Assembly (NCBI GenBank): GCA_016235455.1
Contig: JACRKZ010000078.1
Location: 1-39,628 of the forward strand
DNA: 39,628 bases
Reading direction: 5' to 3'
From: Armatimonadota bacterium
GTDB taxonomy: Bacteria > Armatimonadota > UBA10988
The position numbers and the translations under genes are program-made. How positions within the stretch are numbered: position 1 is the first letter of the stretch; every line of letters starts with the position of its first letter. A model generated the notes under the pieces. The model searched no databases. It saw only the letters and a program-made list of their open reading frames with translations, and had not been told where the DNA came from. This document shows, one piece after another, positions 9,643 to 18,531 of this stretch.

Positions 9643-10344
9643 ATGGCCTCTGGTGGATTGGTCCTTCTGGCCGACGACGATCCGGTAGTGCGTAGCACGG
9701 ATTCCCTGCGCCTCGCTCGCCTCGGCTATGAATGCCAGACCGCGCCCGACGCCGACAGCGCCATGGCGCTCCTGGCCGACCGTGACTACGACGTGCTGAT
9801 CTCCGATATCGACATGCCGGGCAACGACGAACTGGCGCTCGTGACCCGCGCGCAAGCCCTGCGGCCCGGATTGCCCGTGCTCATCGTCACCGGCAGCCCG
9901 TCGTTCGACACGGCCCGCGCGGCCGTCGGACTGGGCGTGCGCGCCTACCTGCTCAAGCCCGTCAGCATGGATGTGTATGCGGCCGAGATGGAAGCTGCCG
10001 TCCACGTGCGCCGGCTGTGGCGAGCCGTGCAGGACGCTGGCACGCGGCTCGCCCCCTTGGCCGGCGACGAGGACGCCCTGGTGGACGCTGGGCTGGAGGC
10101 GTTGCTGTGGTCCGTGGCCTCGGCCGCCACCCAACTCGGTGCCATCCAGGCCCAGGCCGGTCGGCTGGCGCCGGGTCAGGTGCGCTCCGAGATGGCCGCG
10201 GCGGTCCCTCAGACCGACCTGGTCGACGCCCTGCGCGAAACCGTCGAGGTGCTGCACGACACGAAGAACTCGTTCCGCTCCAAGGCGCTGGCTCGACTGC
10301 GCCATCGCCTTGAGCAGTTGCTCGGCGTGGTGGGGCAAGACTGA
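9643..10344 (+). CDS. Response regulator: receiver plus uncharacterised helical C-terminal domain
   Basis: LLADDD, ISDIDMPG, IVTG, YLLKP. GGGAG RBS precedes ATG 9643. Confidence 0.88.
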   Translation: MASGGLVLLADDDPVVRSTDSLRLARLGYECQTAPDADSAMALLADRDYDVLISDIDMPGNDELALVTRAQALRPGLPVLIVTGSPSFDTARAAVGLGVRAYLLKPVSMDVYAAEMEAAVHVRRLWRAVQDAGTRLAPLAGDEDALVDAGLEALLWSVASAATQLGAIQAQAGRLAPGQVRSEMAAAVPQTDLVDALRETVEVLHDTKNSFRSKALARLRHRLEQLLGVVGQD

Positions 10345-10384
10345 GCCGCGGCGCAGCACCAGGCTCGCCGCCGCGGGCTCGACC

Positions 10385-10912
10385 TCAGAGGTGCCGCCAC
10401 CACATCGAGTGCGGGTTGGCCAGCAGGCCGCTGTGGCGGTTCTCGGTGACTGTCATCGTCGCCGCCAGCTCCTTGGCCCGGTCCACATCAGCTTCCCGGA
10501 GCCAGAAGGTCCACAGCGTGCCGAGCTCGACACCCATCACCTTCTGCCCATAGCCCAGCCGGCCCTGCAAGGCGTCGAGCGCCAGCGCGGCCTTGGCCTC
10601 GTCGCGAAAACCGGTCAGCACGCTCACCGGCGTGAGCCCACCGCGCGGGTCGCGGCCCGCCGCGTGAAGAGCCACGCGGAACACATGCTTGTTGGGATTC
10701 ACGAACACATTCGTCTGTTCGGCCAGTTCGCGCCCGAGCGCCAAAGCCGCCTCCTCGGTGGCCACGTCCAGCGTGAGCCGCCACCAGTCGGCGCGGGTCA
10801 GGTCGCCCAACACCTCGCCATAGCCCATCGGGCCCTGTAGCGCGCGGCGCGCGGTGAGCGCGGTCACATCGGGAATCTTCAGCGAGACGGTCAACTCCAC
10901 CGCGATGCTCAT
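10385..10912 (-). CDS. purS: PurS-like FGAM synthase subunit with two tandem PurS-like repeats
   Basis: Coupled to purQ (ATGA overlap). Two ~80 aa halves, each with ALQGxxGYG and ending in an NP motif (VFVNPNKH, LLANPHS) like the PurS LLANP. Confidence 0.7.
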   Translation of the reverse strand: MSIAVELTVSLKIPDVTALTARRALQGPMGYGEVLGDLTRADWWRLTLDVATEEAALALGRELAEQTNVFVNPNKHVFRVALHAAGRDPRGGLTPVSVLTGFRDEAKAALALDALQGRLGYGQKVMGVELGTLWTFWLREADVDRAKELAATMTVTENRHSGLLANPHSMWWRHL

Positions 10913-11760
10913 GAGCGCACCTCCTCGACCACCGAGCCAAACAGCCCGCGCGACGGGCCGGCACCCTCCAGCGCCTCGAAGTCGCCAGCCGCCGCGCGGC
11001 GCTCCGCGCCGTAGCGACCGGGCAGGTCCTGGGGCACCTGCCTCAGCCAACTGGCCCGCTCAGGATGGGGCATCAGCGCCAGCACGTTGCCCGCGGGATT
11101 GCACAATCCGGCGATGGCGCGCGCCGAGCCGTTGGGCGTGATGGGGAACTGGTCGTCCACGGTGCCCCGCTCGTCGCAGTACTGCCAGACAATCTGGTCG
11201 TTGGCGGCCAGCGTATCGAACAGGCCCGGATCCGACGCGGTGAACCGGCCCTCGCCGTGAGCCAACGGCATGGCGATCACCGCGCCTGGCCCAAAGACCC
11301 GCGTCCAGGCGCAGCGCTCGGGCGCAGCGGCCAGCTTGAGGTGCGTCCAAATGCAGTAGTAGTCGCGCCGCACCACATGCCCATCACGCATCATCTTGTT
11401 GGGCGCCAGGGCCATCTCGACGGCGTCCGGACTCAATCCGGGCACCAGCCCCATCTCAACAAGTATTTGCGCGCCGTTGCAGATGCCGAGAATCGGCTTG
11501 CCGGCGTGGGCCAGTTCGACGAGTCGGGCACCGATCGGCTCGTGCGCCGCGATGACGCCGGCCCGGACGCGGTCCTGGTAGCTGAATCCGCCCCCGATGA
11601 CCATCGCCTCGAAGGCATCCAGCTCGCTTGGGCGGCGATTCCAGCGGAAGATCTCCGGCTGGCAACCGGCCGCCGCCAAGGCGCGCGCCGTCTCGGTCTC
11701 ACAGTTCCCGCCAGGGAACTGGATGACCGCCACGCTAGGTCCGCAACACGCTTGCGCCAC
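10909..11760 (-). CDS. purQ: Phosphoribosylformylglycinamidine synthase glutaminase subunit
   Basis: IQFPGGNCE, GGGFSYQD, LGICNGAQ (catalytic Cys), AHGEGRF, NGS, MPHPER (His-Glu). Confidence 0.96.
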   Translation of the reverse strand: MAQACCGPSVAVIQFPGGNCETETARALAAAGCQPEIFRWNRRPSELDAFEAMVIGGGFSYQDRVRAGVIAAHEPIGARLVELAHAGKPILGICNGAQILVEMGLVPGLSPDAVEMALAPNKMMRDGHVVRRDYYCIWTHLKLAAAPERCAWTRVFGPGAVIAMPLAHGEGRFTASDPGLFDTLAANDQIVWQYCDERGTVDDQFPITPNGSARAIAGLCNPAGNVLALMPHPERASWLRQVPQDLPGRYGAERRAAAGDFEALEGAGPSRGLFGSVVEEVRS

Positions 11761-11816
11761 GGCTCAACCCTCCCGGTTCCACGAGAGTCCGCCGAAACAG
11801 GCTGAACCCTCACTTG

Positions 11817-11825
11817 ATTGTAACA
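11817..11825 (-). promoter_or_regulatory. Extended -10 promoter element for purQ-purS
   Basis: TGTTACAAT (TGnTAnnnT) on the minus strand ~57 nt upstream of the start. Confidence 0.45.
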
Positions 11826-11942
11826 TGACACCAGTAAGCACGGACCCATAGTGGGTCGATAGACAACTCAACCAGTCGCTCGCGGACTCTGCTACGGGCC
11901 TAGACCACCCCAACCTGCCGCCGAGCCGCCTGGCAGGCGCCG

Positions 11943-12029
11943 CGAACCGGTGTTTGCGAAACTCCGTTCGTTTTTGGGGTGTCACTAGAAACACCTGTTC
12001 GCTATAATGGTCATACAAACAAGCGTTCG
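11943..12029 (+). promoter_or_regulatory. Four putative LexA (SOS) boxes around a TATAAT -10
   Basis: CGAACCGGTGTTTG 11943-11956, CGAAACTCCGTTCG 11957-11970, GAAACACCTGTTCG 11988-12001, CAAACAAGCGTTCG 12016-12029, each within 1-2 mismatches of CGAAC-N4-GTTCG. TATAAT at 12003-12008. Confidence 0.75.
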
Positions 12030-12070
12030 CCTCTCGCCGACCCGGCGGGGGGCTGGCGGGGAGACCAGCG

Positions 12071-12508
12071 ATGCAGGCAACCATGTCGGGCAGGCAGATA
12101 ACGGGTACCGCGACCCGCTCGCGACGACGGGCACGGCGGCGGGTGTTCCGCTGCGGGCTGCTGGCCTTGGTGCTGGTGGCCGCGGCCGCCGCCTCGGCCA
12201 GCCGCGGCAAGCCGGAGCCGCCGCAGGCGCTGGCGTACATCGTGCAGCCGGGCGACAGCCTGTGGCGCGTCGCCGGGCAGTTGCCCATCCAGGGCGACCG
12301 CCGTGCTGGCACCTGGCTGTTGCAGAAGATCAACGGTCTCTCCGGGCCCGACCTGTTGCCGGGCCAACGCCTGCTGCTGCCGGCCGACCCGGCCAGCATG
12401 CGTGCCGCCCAACGCGATCCGCGCGGCTGGCGCGACCATGCGGTCGTCGCGCCGTCGGCGCCTGAGCGACCTGAACTGCCGCCCAAGCCTCGCTTGCGCG
12501 CCGCCTGA
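12071..12508 (+). CDS. Membrane-anchored LysM protein, YneA/ChiZ-like putative SOS cell-division inhibitor
   Basis: Basic N-terminus, one TM segment, LysM YIVQPGDSLWRVA...INGLSGPDLLPGQRLLLP, and SOS boxes in the promoter. Confidence 0.8.
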   Translation: MQATMSGRQITGTATRSRRRARRRVFRCGLLALVLVAAAAASASRGKPEPPQALAYIVQPGDSLWRVAGQLPIQGDRRAGTWLLQKINGLSGPDLLPGQRLLLPADPASMRAAQRDPRGWRDHAVVAPSAPERPELPPKPRLRAA

Positions 12509-12512
12509 TCGC

Positions 12513-14921
12513 TCAGGCAAGCGCTGCCGTCAGGCCGCCGCGCCAGGTCTCAACCAACTCGCTCATGGCCACCTGCGCCAGAACCGCCGCGCCGTCCGTG
12601 ACGGTCAGCGTCGGCGCCTCGGTCACCTGGCCCACCAGCGCGCAGACAGCGCCCTTCTCGGCGCACAAGGCCTGCACCGCGGCCACGTTGGCCGGGTCCA
12701 CTTCCAGCACAAAGCCGCTGGTCTCGCCGAACAGCTTGGCCACGCGCTCGCGGTCGGCCGGCACCGGCTCACCAGCGAACGGCACGGCCGACACGTCCAG
12801 GCTGGCCCCGAGCGTACCGTGGCACCACCCGCCCATGGCCATCTCGGCCAGGCTGACCAGCAGGCCGCCGCCCGAGATGTCGTGGCTGGCGCGCACCAGG
12901 CCAGCGCTGATCGCGTCGATGACCGCCTCGTTCTGGGCCATCTCGCGCGCACCGTCCACCGACGGCACGTGGGCGCCGTGGCAGTCCAGTTCCACCTGGT
13001 AGTAGTCCGAGCCGCCCAGTTCATCACGCCGCGCGCCGATGAGCAGCAGCGCACTGCCGGCCGCCTTGAGCTGCACGGTGACCGCGCGGCTGTAGTCGTC
13101 CATGACGCCGATGCAGGCCACGATCGGGCTCGGCGCGATGGCGTTGCCCGCCGCGGACATGTTGTACAGGCTGACATTGCCCGACACGAACGGCGTCGGG
13201 CAGCCGGGCTGGCCCTTGATCTCGATGCTGCGCGCGGCGTCGCTCAAGCCGCGCACGCTGTCGCGGAACTCCCAGAACGCCGTGGGCACCTCGGGGTTGC
13301 CGAAGTTGAGGCAGTCGGTCATGCCCACCGCCGTGGCACCGACGGCGCTGACGTTGCGGATGGCTTCGGCCACGGCGGTGGCGCCGCCGGCATAGGGGCT
13401 GATGCGGCCGTAGCGCGGGTTGCCATCGACACTCAGCGCCACGCCGAACTTGGTGCCCGGCACCGGCGCGATGACGCCGGCATCGGCCTCGCCCGACCGC
13501 AACACGGCCGCGCCCTGCACTTCGGTGTCGTAGAAGCGGTAGATGGGTTCGCGCGAGGCCAGGTTGGGGCTGGCCAGCAAGCGCAGTAGCACGTCGCCCA
13601 GGTTGGCCGGGAAGGTCAACTCGGGCTCGGCCTCGTCCCAGCCGCGCGGCTCCTCGGCGCGCTCATACAAGATGCCCTCGGTGACGTCCATGATGTTGGC
13701 ATCGCAGACGATCTCGCCATGGTGCAGCAGCGTGTAGCGCAACTCGACCGTGGCCTCGCCGATGACCGCGGCGCGGGCGCCCTCGTAGATGTCGGGCAGC
13801 GACCAGTCCTCGTTGTAGATGCGCAGCACCGTGTCGGAGAAGGTGCGCGGCACGGCCCAGATGTAGCGTTCCTGGGTCTCGGCACAGGCAATGACCTCGG
13901 CCTGCATGTCGGCCAGCGCCACGGGCACCCGGTCCAAGTCGATGAGCGCGCCAAAGCCGCCGCTGGAGCAGATCTCCGAGGAGCAGCAGGCAATGCCCGC
14001 GGCGCCCAGGTCCTTCATGCCCACCGGCACACCGGCCTCGAAGGCCGCGTTGCGCACGGCCTCGTTGGCTTTGTGCAGCAACAGCACGTTCTTGAGGAAG
14101 GGGTCGGGCACCTGCACTGCGCCGCGGTTGAACTCATCGGCGTCGTCATCCAGGACGACCGAGGAAAAAGCCGCGCCGCCGAAGCCGCTGTCGTCGGTGG
14201 GCTTGCCCACCAGGATCAGGTCGTAGGGTTCGGTGCGGCCCTCTTCGGGCACGCGGCTGTGGATGATGCGGCTCTCGCGCACCAGGCCCAGGGCCACCAC
14301 GTTGACCAGGCAGTTGTCGTCGTAGCAGGGGTCGAAAACGATGTCGCCGCCGAGGTTGGGCACGCCCAGCGCGTTGCCATACTGCCAGATGCCGTCGACC
14401 ACGCCGCCGACGATCCAGCGCGTGCGGTCGCGGTTGGCGCCGTTGGGGTCGCCGAAGCGCAGCGGGTCAGCCACGCCGATGACGTCGGCGCCCATGCAGT
14501 CCACGTCGCGCACAATGCCGCCGATACCGGTGGCCGCGCCTTCGGTGGGCAACACCTGGCTGGGGTGGTTATGGCTCTCGTGGGCAATGACGATGCCCCA
14601 GCGGTCGCCGTCGCCGGTGTCGCCGAGGAGCAGGATGCCGGCGTCCTCTTCGGGTCCTTGGATGACCGTCGGGCCGGTGACCGGCAGGAACTCCTTGAGC
14701 GTGGGCTTGCTCGACTTATACGAGCAGTGCTCGCTCCACTCGGCGTTGAAGAGATGCAGCTCGGTGAAGGTCGGGTTGCGGCCGAGGAGTTCGGCCACAC
14801 GGCGCGCCTCGAAGGGCGTCAACCCGAGACCGTGACCCGCAAGGGCGGCGGCCAGGGCCTCATCGTCCGCATACTGGTCAACTGAGAACAAGCGCGCGGT
14901 CAACGCCGGCTTCTGGGCCAT
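12513..14921 (-). CDS. purL: Phosphoribosylformylglycinamidine synthase subunit PurL (small type)
   Basis: WSEHCSYKSS, ESHNHPS, GAATGIGGIVRD, KDLGAAG, ETQER, DCLNFGNPE, SGNVSLYN, HDISGGGL. Confidence 0.97.
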   Translation of the reverse strand: MAQKPALTARLFSVDQYADDEALAAALAGHGLGLTPFEARRVAELLGRNPTFTELHLFNAEWSEHCSYKSSKPTLKEFLPVTGPTVIQGPEEDAGILLLGDTGDGDRWGIVIAHESHNHPSQVLPTEGAATGIGGIVRDVDCMGADVIGVADPLRFGDPNGANRDRTRWIVGGVVDGIWQYGNALGVPNLGGDIVFDPCYDDNCLVNVVALGLVRESRIIHSRVPEEGRTEPYDLILVGKPTDDSGFGGAAFSSVVLDDDADEFNRGAVQVPDPFLKNVLLLHKANEAVRNAAFEAGVPVGMKDLGAAGIACCSSEICSSGGFGALIDLDRVPVALADMQAEVIACAETQERYIWAVPRTFSDTVLRIYNEDWSLPDIYEGARAAVIGEATVELRYTLLHHGEIVCDANIMDVTEGILYERAEEPRGWDEAEPELTFPANLGDVLLRLLASPNLASREPIYRFYDTEVQGAAVLRSGEADAGVIAPVPGTKFGVALSVDGNPRYGRISPYAGGATAVAEAIRNVSAVGATAVGMTDCLNFGNPEVPTAFWEFRDSVRGLSDAARSIEIKGQPGCPTPFVSGNVSLYNMSAAGNAIAPSPIVACIGVMDDYSRAVTVQLKAAGSALLLIGARRDELGGSDYYQVELDCHGAHVPSVDGAREMAQNEAVIDAISAGLVRASHDISGGGLLVSLAEMAMGGWCHGTLGASLDVSAVPFAGEPVPADRERVAKLFGETSGFVLEVDPANVAAVQALCAEKGAVCALVGQVTEAPTLTVTDGAAVLAQVAMSELVETWRGGLTAALA

Positions 14922-14950
14922 CGGGTCGCCTCCCAGGGTGGACTGAGGGC

Positions 14951-14979
14951 ATCATACCACCGGGTCCGGCTATGGCCAA
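14951..14979 (-). promoter_or_regulatory. Sigma-70-type promoter for purL
   Basis: TTGGCC-N17-TATGAT with TG extension on the minus strand, ~30 nt upstream of the ATG. Confidence 0.55.
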
Positions 14980-15054
14980 CGCGGTGCCATGACCGGCACG
15001 GTTGTGTGGACGGGGCGCCGGCGATGGAACCGGCGCCCCTCCGAACGCCCTCCG

Positions 15055-15723
15055 TCAGGAGACCGCGCCCGCCACGGACTTGTCGAAGTCCTTGAACAAC
15101 CGCGCCAACTGGGTAGCGAGGTTGCTGTTGGTCGACGCCGTGCTGGTCGAGTCGTCGTCGCTGCTAGTGCCCTGCACGGCGTTGGCGACCGCCTCGTCGA
15201 ACTTGTCGAGCAAGCTCTTGATCTGGTCCGAGATGCTCGACGTGCCGTCGCTGTCGTCCGACTCCCCGCTCAACACCGACAGCAGGCTGCTTTGGTCGCC
15301 CGTGTCAAACGAGAACAACTGACCGTTGTTCGCGCCGCTGGGCGGCGGTGGCGGTGGTGGTGGCATCAGGTCCTTGGCGTCGCCGCTCTCCGATGCCTTG
15401 GTGAACTGCTCGGCCATCGAGGTCAGGCGCGACTTCTCGGTCGCGTCGGTGCTCTGGTCGGCCAACGCCTTGATCTGCGTGGCCATGTCGGCGGTCATCG
15501 ACTTGAACTTGTCGGGATCCGACTCGGCTAGCTTGCTCAGGTTGCCCATGCGCTGGGCCATCTGCGAGAACTCGGCCCGGTCGGGGCCGCCCGCGCCGCC
15601 CACCGACGCGCTGCTGCCACGGGTGCCGCTCGTGCTGCCGGTGCCCGAGACTCTCTGCGCTTGCAACAGACGCCAGATCTCCGCGGAACTGGTCGACTGC
15701 TGGAGTGACGAAACGCTCATCAC
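15055..15723 (-). CDS. Hypothetical Ser/Thr/Asp-rich protein with a poly-Pro tract
   Basis: GGAGG RBS, GC-rich third positions, helical core DRAEFSQMAQRMGNLSKLAESDPDKFK, P8 tract. No family recognised. Confidence 0.8.
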   Translation of the reverse strand: MMSVSSLQQSTSSAEIWRLLQAQRVSGTGSTSGTRGSSASVGGAGGPDRAEFSQMAQRMGNLSKLAESDPDKFKSMTADMATQIKALADQSTDATEKSRLTSMAEQFTKASESGDAKDLMPPPPPPPPSGANNGQLFSFDTGDQSSLLSVLSGESDDSDGTSSISDQIKSLLDKFDEAVANAVQGTSSDDDSTSTASTNSNLATQLARLFKDFDKSVAGAVS

Positions 15724-15741
15724 ATTCCTCCGTTCGTTGCC

Positions 15742-15768
15742 TCAACTGTTGCATTCAACAACAGTTGA
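15742..15768. promoter_or_regulatory. Perfect AT-rich inverted repeat (operator or leader hairpin)
   Basis: TCAACTGTTG-N7-CAACAGTTGA between the promoter and the RBS. Confidence 0.55.
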
Positions 15769-15773
15769 CTCTG

Positions 15774-15800
15774 CTATCGTCTTCCGCGAACGGAGCTATA
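15774..15800 (-). promoter_or_regulatory. Putative sigma-28 promoter
   Basis: TATA-N15-GACGATAG on the minus strand. Confidence 0.5.
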
Positions 15801-15853
15801 GGCCGTGGGTGCGCTCGGGCGGCCGAGCGCAGATGACAGTTTTGACATCTTGG

Positions 15854-16366
15854 TCAGGCACGGCCGAAGGGCACCGTGTCGACATCCAGGCGAGCAGCGA
15901 AGACGCGGCGCAGCACGTCCATGCTGGCGGTAACGATGGCCTGTTCGTCGACGGAGAGGCCGCCGAGCATGTCGGCCACGGCGGCGACGACCATATCATC
16001 GACGCCGTGCAACAGCTGCCGGCCTTCGTCGCTGAGTCCGAGCGCCACGCGTCGGCGGTCATCGGCGGTGGTCTCGCGCGTGACGAGCCCGCGGCCCACC
16101 AGGCCGTCGGCCAGCCGCGACGCGGCCGGGCGCGACAGGTTCATGTGCTCGGCGGCCTGGGCCAGCGACAGGCCTGGCAACTCGCGCAGCGTGATCAGCA
16201 GCCGGAACTGCGGCACCGACAAGCCGCCATGGCCGTGCCGGCGCAACGTGGTGCGCGCCATCTCCATGCCCATGAAGCTGGTCTGCATGACCGCGCGCGC
16301 CACGTCCAGCGACGCTCCGGCAGGCAGGCCCGCGGTCGCGGGTCCGTCGTCGGGCTTCGTGCCCAT
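15854..16366 (-). CDS. MarR-family transcriptional regulator
   Basis: LSVPQFRLLITL...LAQAAEHMNLSRPAASRLADGLVGRGLV...DDRRRVALGLSDEG. AAGGA RBS before ATG 16366. TGGTACGAT extended -10 lies upstream. Confidence 0.92.
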   Translation of the reverse strand: MGTKPDDGPATAGLPAGASLDVARAVMQTSFMGMEMARTTLRRHGHGGLSVPQFRLLITLRELPGLSLAQAAEHMNLSRPAASRLADGLVGRGLVTRETTADDRRRVALGLSDEGRQLLHGVDDMVVAAVADMLGGLSVDEQAIVTASMDVLRRVFAARLDVDTVPFGRA

Positions 16367-16674
16367 GTGCGATTCCTTGCCGCGCTCGGGTGGAGCCGCC
16401 CAGTTCGGCTCGGGGGAATCCCCAGCGCGAACGTATCGTACCATCTCGCGATGGGTGATGCCAGTGGCACCAACGGCGGGGGCCGTGACGCGCGGCGTGG
16501 GGCGTCGGGCGTGAGGGTGAGAGCAACGGCGAGCCGGCCGCAGCCCTCTATCGTGACGCCCTTACCAGACATGCGGGCATCTGACTTGCGCCCAACCAGC
16601 AACGCCGCGGGCGCGGCTGGTGAGCCATCGCTCGCGGCGTCGCGACTCGGTTCGCCTGTTGTTGAGGTGCGCAG

Positions 16675-18531
16675 CTACTCCCGCGCGGCCATCCAGCCCA
16701 GCAGCCCGGCCACGGCGGCATTGGCCAGCAGCCACGGCGTCGGGCCCCAGCCCAGCAGGCCAACGGCGGCCGCACCGGCAAACCAGCCCGCGCACACGCC
16801 GATCAGCACGCCGCGCAGACCGCGCACGCCGAACAAGCCGGCCAGCAGCAGGAACGGCCAGACCGCCGTGCCTGCCACCGGGGTCACCAAGCGGCCGGCA
16901 AAGCCCGTGGCCACGCAGCACAGCAGCAGTACCGGCAGCGCGCCGCCCAGCCAGAAGAGCGGACGCCGGGCCTGGCGCAGCAGCACCGCCGCCAACGCCA
17001 ACAGCGCCACGGCGAAGGCCAACGGGCCGTGCGCGGGCACCGGATAGGTCGGCTGGCTGCTGACCCGTGCCGGCTGGACCGTCGCGGACGCCGCCGAGGC
17101 GCCGACCGCGGCGGCAGCGTTGATCACGCCCGCGCCGTACTTCTTGGCATCGTCCTTGGGCGTGGCCGTGTCGCGCAGCTTGGCCCGAATGCCGGCCGGG
17201 CCTTTGACGCCAGTCTGCCAGATCAGCGCGGCGACACCCGCGGCGTGCGGCGACGCCATCGAGGTGCCCTGCCAGAACTCGAAGACGTCCTGCTTGTTGA
17301 ACACGGTGTTCTGCAGCACGCCCTGGTGCTTCTCGGCCTCGCCACGGTAGTTGCCGCCCGGCGCGGCGATGCAGACCTGCTCGCCCCAGGACGAGTAGAA
17401 GGCCAGATTGCCGTCGGGTCCAACGCTGGACACCGCGATGCACTCGGGATAGGCGGCGGGATAGCCGACGCCCTCACGACCGCTGTTGCCCGCCGCACAG
17501 ACGATGGTCACACCGCGCTGGTTGGCGTAGCGGCAGGCCTTGGCCAGCACCTGCGCCGCGCGCGGGCCGCCGAGGCTCATGTTGATCACGTTGGCGCCGT
17601 TGTTGGCCGCGTACTCCACCGCGTTGGCGATGTCGGCCACCGTGCCCGACCCGTACTGGGTCAGCACCTTGAGCGGCATGATGGTCGCGTCGTACGCCAC
17701 GCCCGCGCAGCCGTGCCCGTTGTTCGTGGCCTGGGCGATGGTGCCGGCGACATGCGTGCCGTGGCCATGGTCGTCATAGGCGCGCTTGGTGTTGGTGATG
17801 AAGTCGAACGGCTTGGTGAACCGGGTGCCCTTGAGGTCGCTCGCCGCGGGGATGTCGTCCTTCTTCTCGAAGGCGCAGCCCGTGTCGATGACGGCCACCA
17901 CGCAGCCCTTGCCCGTGGACTTCTCCCAGGCGCGCGGCATGCCGATCAGGTTGAGGTGCCACTGCTCGGGGTAGCGCGGGTCGTTGGGGGTCACCTCGGC
18001 CACCTGGCCGCGGGCGGGCGACGCGGCGGCGATCCGCCAGCCCATCAGTTGCATCTCGAAGTTCTCGTCGGCCGCCTCAACCCGTGAGTCGGCGCGCAGC
18101 CGGTCAAGCAGCGCGGCGCGGCGCGCGGCGCTGAGCTTGCTCACGTCGGCCAGCATCAGCCGCTCGTCCACCGCCTCGGGGCTGTTGGGCACGAACTCGA
18201 CGCCGTACTCGCGGCCGACCGCGTTGACCGCGGACCGGCTGAGGTCGTCGCGCAGATCGACCACCAGCTCCTGGGCCGACGCGCTAGCGCTCGCGCTCGG
18301 CGCACTGGCCTGGTGCCGACCGCCATAGGGGCGGAACAGGGACAGGACCAGCAGCGTAGCCATGACCAGCAGGAAGAACGCGGCCGTCAAGCGCGTGGAG
18401 CGCGGCTCGTCGCTGTTGGTGAGCGTGCGCCACCAACGGCGCAGGCCAAGCACGGCGCCGATGAAGCCAAACGCCCGCCACAGGAAGCTGAGCAGGCCGC
18501 GAACACTGGTGACGCGCAGTCGTGGGGTCAT
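16675..18531 (-). CDS. S8 (subtilisin-like) serine peptidase with N-terminal hydrophobic segments, a propeptide and C-terminal TM helices
   Basis: Triad motifs VAVIDTG, HGHGTHVAGT, GTSMASPH; oxyanion AAGNSG; hydrophobic C-terminal ~100 aa. Confidence 0.93.
   Translation of the reverse strand: MTPRLRVTSVRGLLSFLWRAFGFIGAVLGLRRWWRTLTNSDEPRSTRLTAAFFLLVMATLLVLSLFRPYGGRHQASAPSASASASAQELVVDLRDDLSRSAVNAVGREYGVEFVPNSPEAVDERLMLADVSKLSAARRAALLDRLRADSRVEAADENFEMQLMGWRIAAASPARGQVAEVTPNDPRYPEQWHLNLIGMPRAWEKSTGKGCVVAVIDTGCAFEKKDDIPAASDLKGTRFTKPFDFITNTKRAYDDHGHGTHVAGTIAQATNNGHGCAGVAYDATIMPLKVLTQYGSGTVADIANAVEYAANNGANVINMSLGGPRAAQVLAKACRYANQRGVTIVCAAGNSGREGVGYPAAYPECIAVSSVGPDGNLAFYSSWGEQVCIAAPGGNYRGEAEKHQGVLQNTVFNKQDVFEFWQGTSMASPHAAGVAALIWQTGVKGPAGIRAKLRDTATPKDDAKKYGAGVINAAAAVGASAASATVQPARVSSQPTYPVPAHGPLAFAVALLALAAVLLRQARRPLFWLGGALPVLLLCCVATGFAGRLVTPVAGTAVWPFLLLAGLFGVRGLRGVLIGVCAGWFAGAAAVGLLGWGPTPWLLANAAVAGLLGWMAARE

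Noticed and set aside
11761-11940. Possible purine or ZTP riboswitch upstream of purQ (also checked upstream of purL)
   Set aside because: The predicted leaders are short (~25-55 nt) and no aptamer consensus or terminator is visible.
15341-15364. GGT/GGC triplet run as a contingency repeat
   Set aside because: It is an in-frame poly-proline codon run with mixed codons, not a phase-variable tract.
16445-16674. 230-nt gap between marR and the S8 protease as an ncRNA or small ORF
   Set aside because: Only short GC-rich stems expected by chance, plus a weak CCATC-N4-GATGG palindrome at 16441-16454; no recognisable RNA family or RBS-supported ORF.
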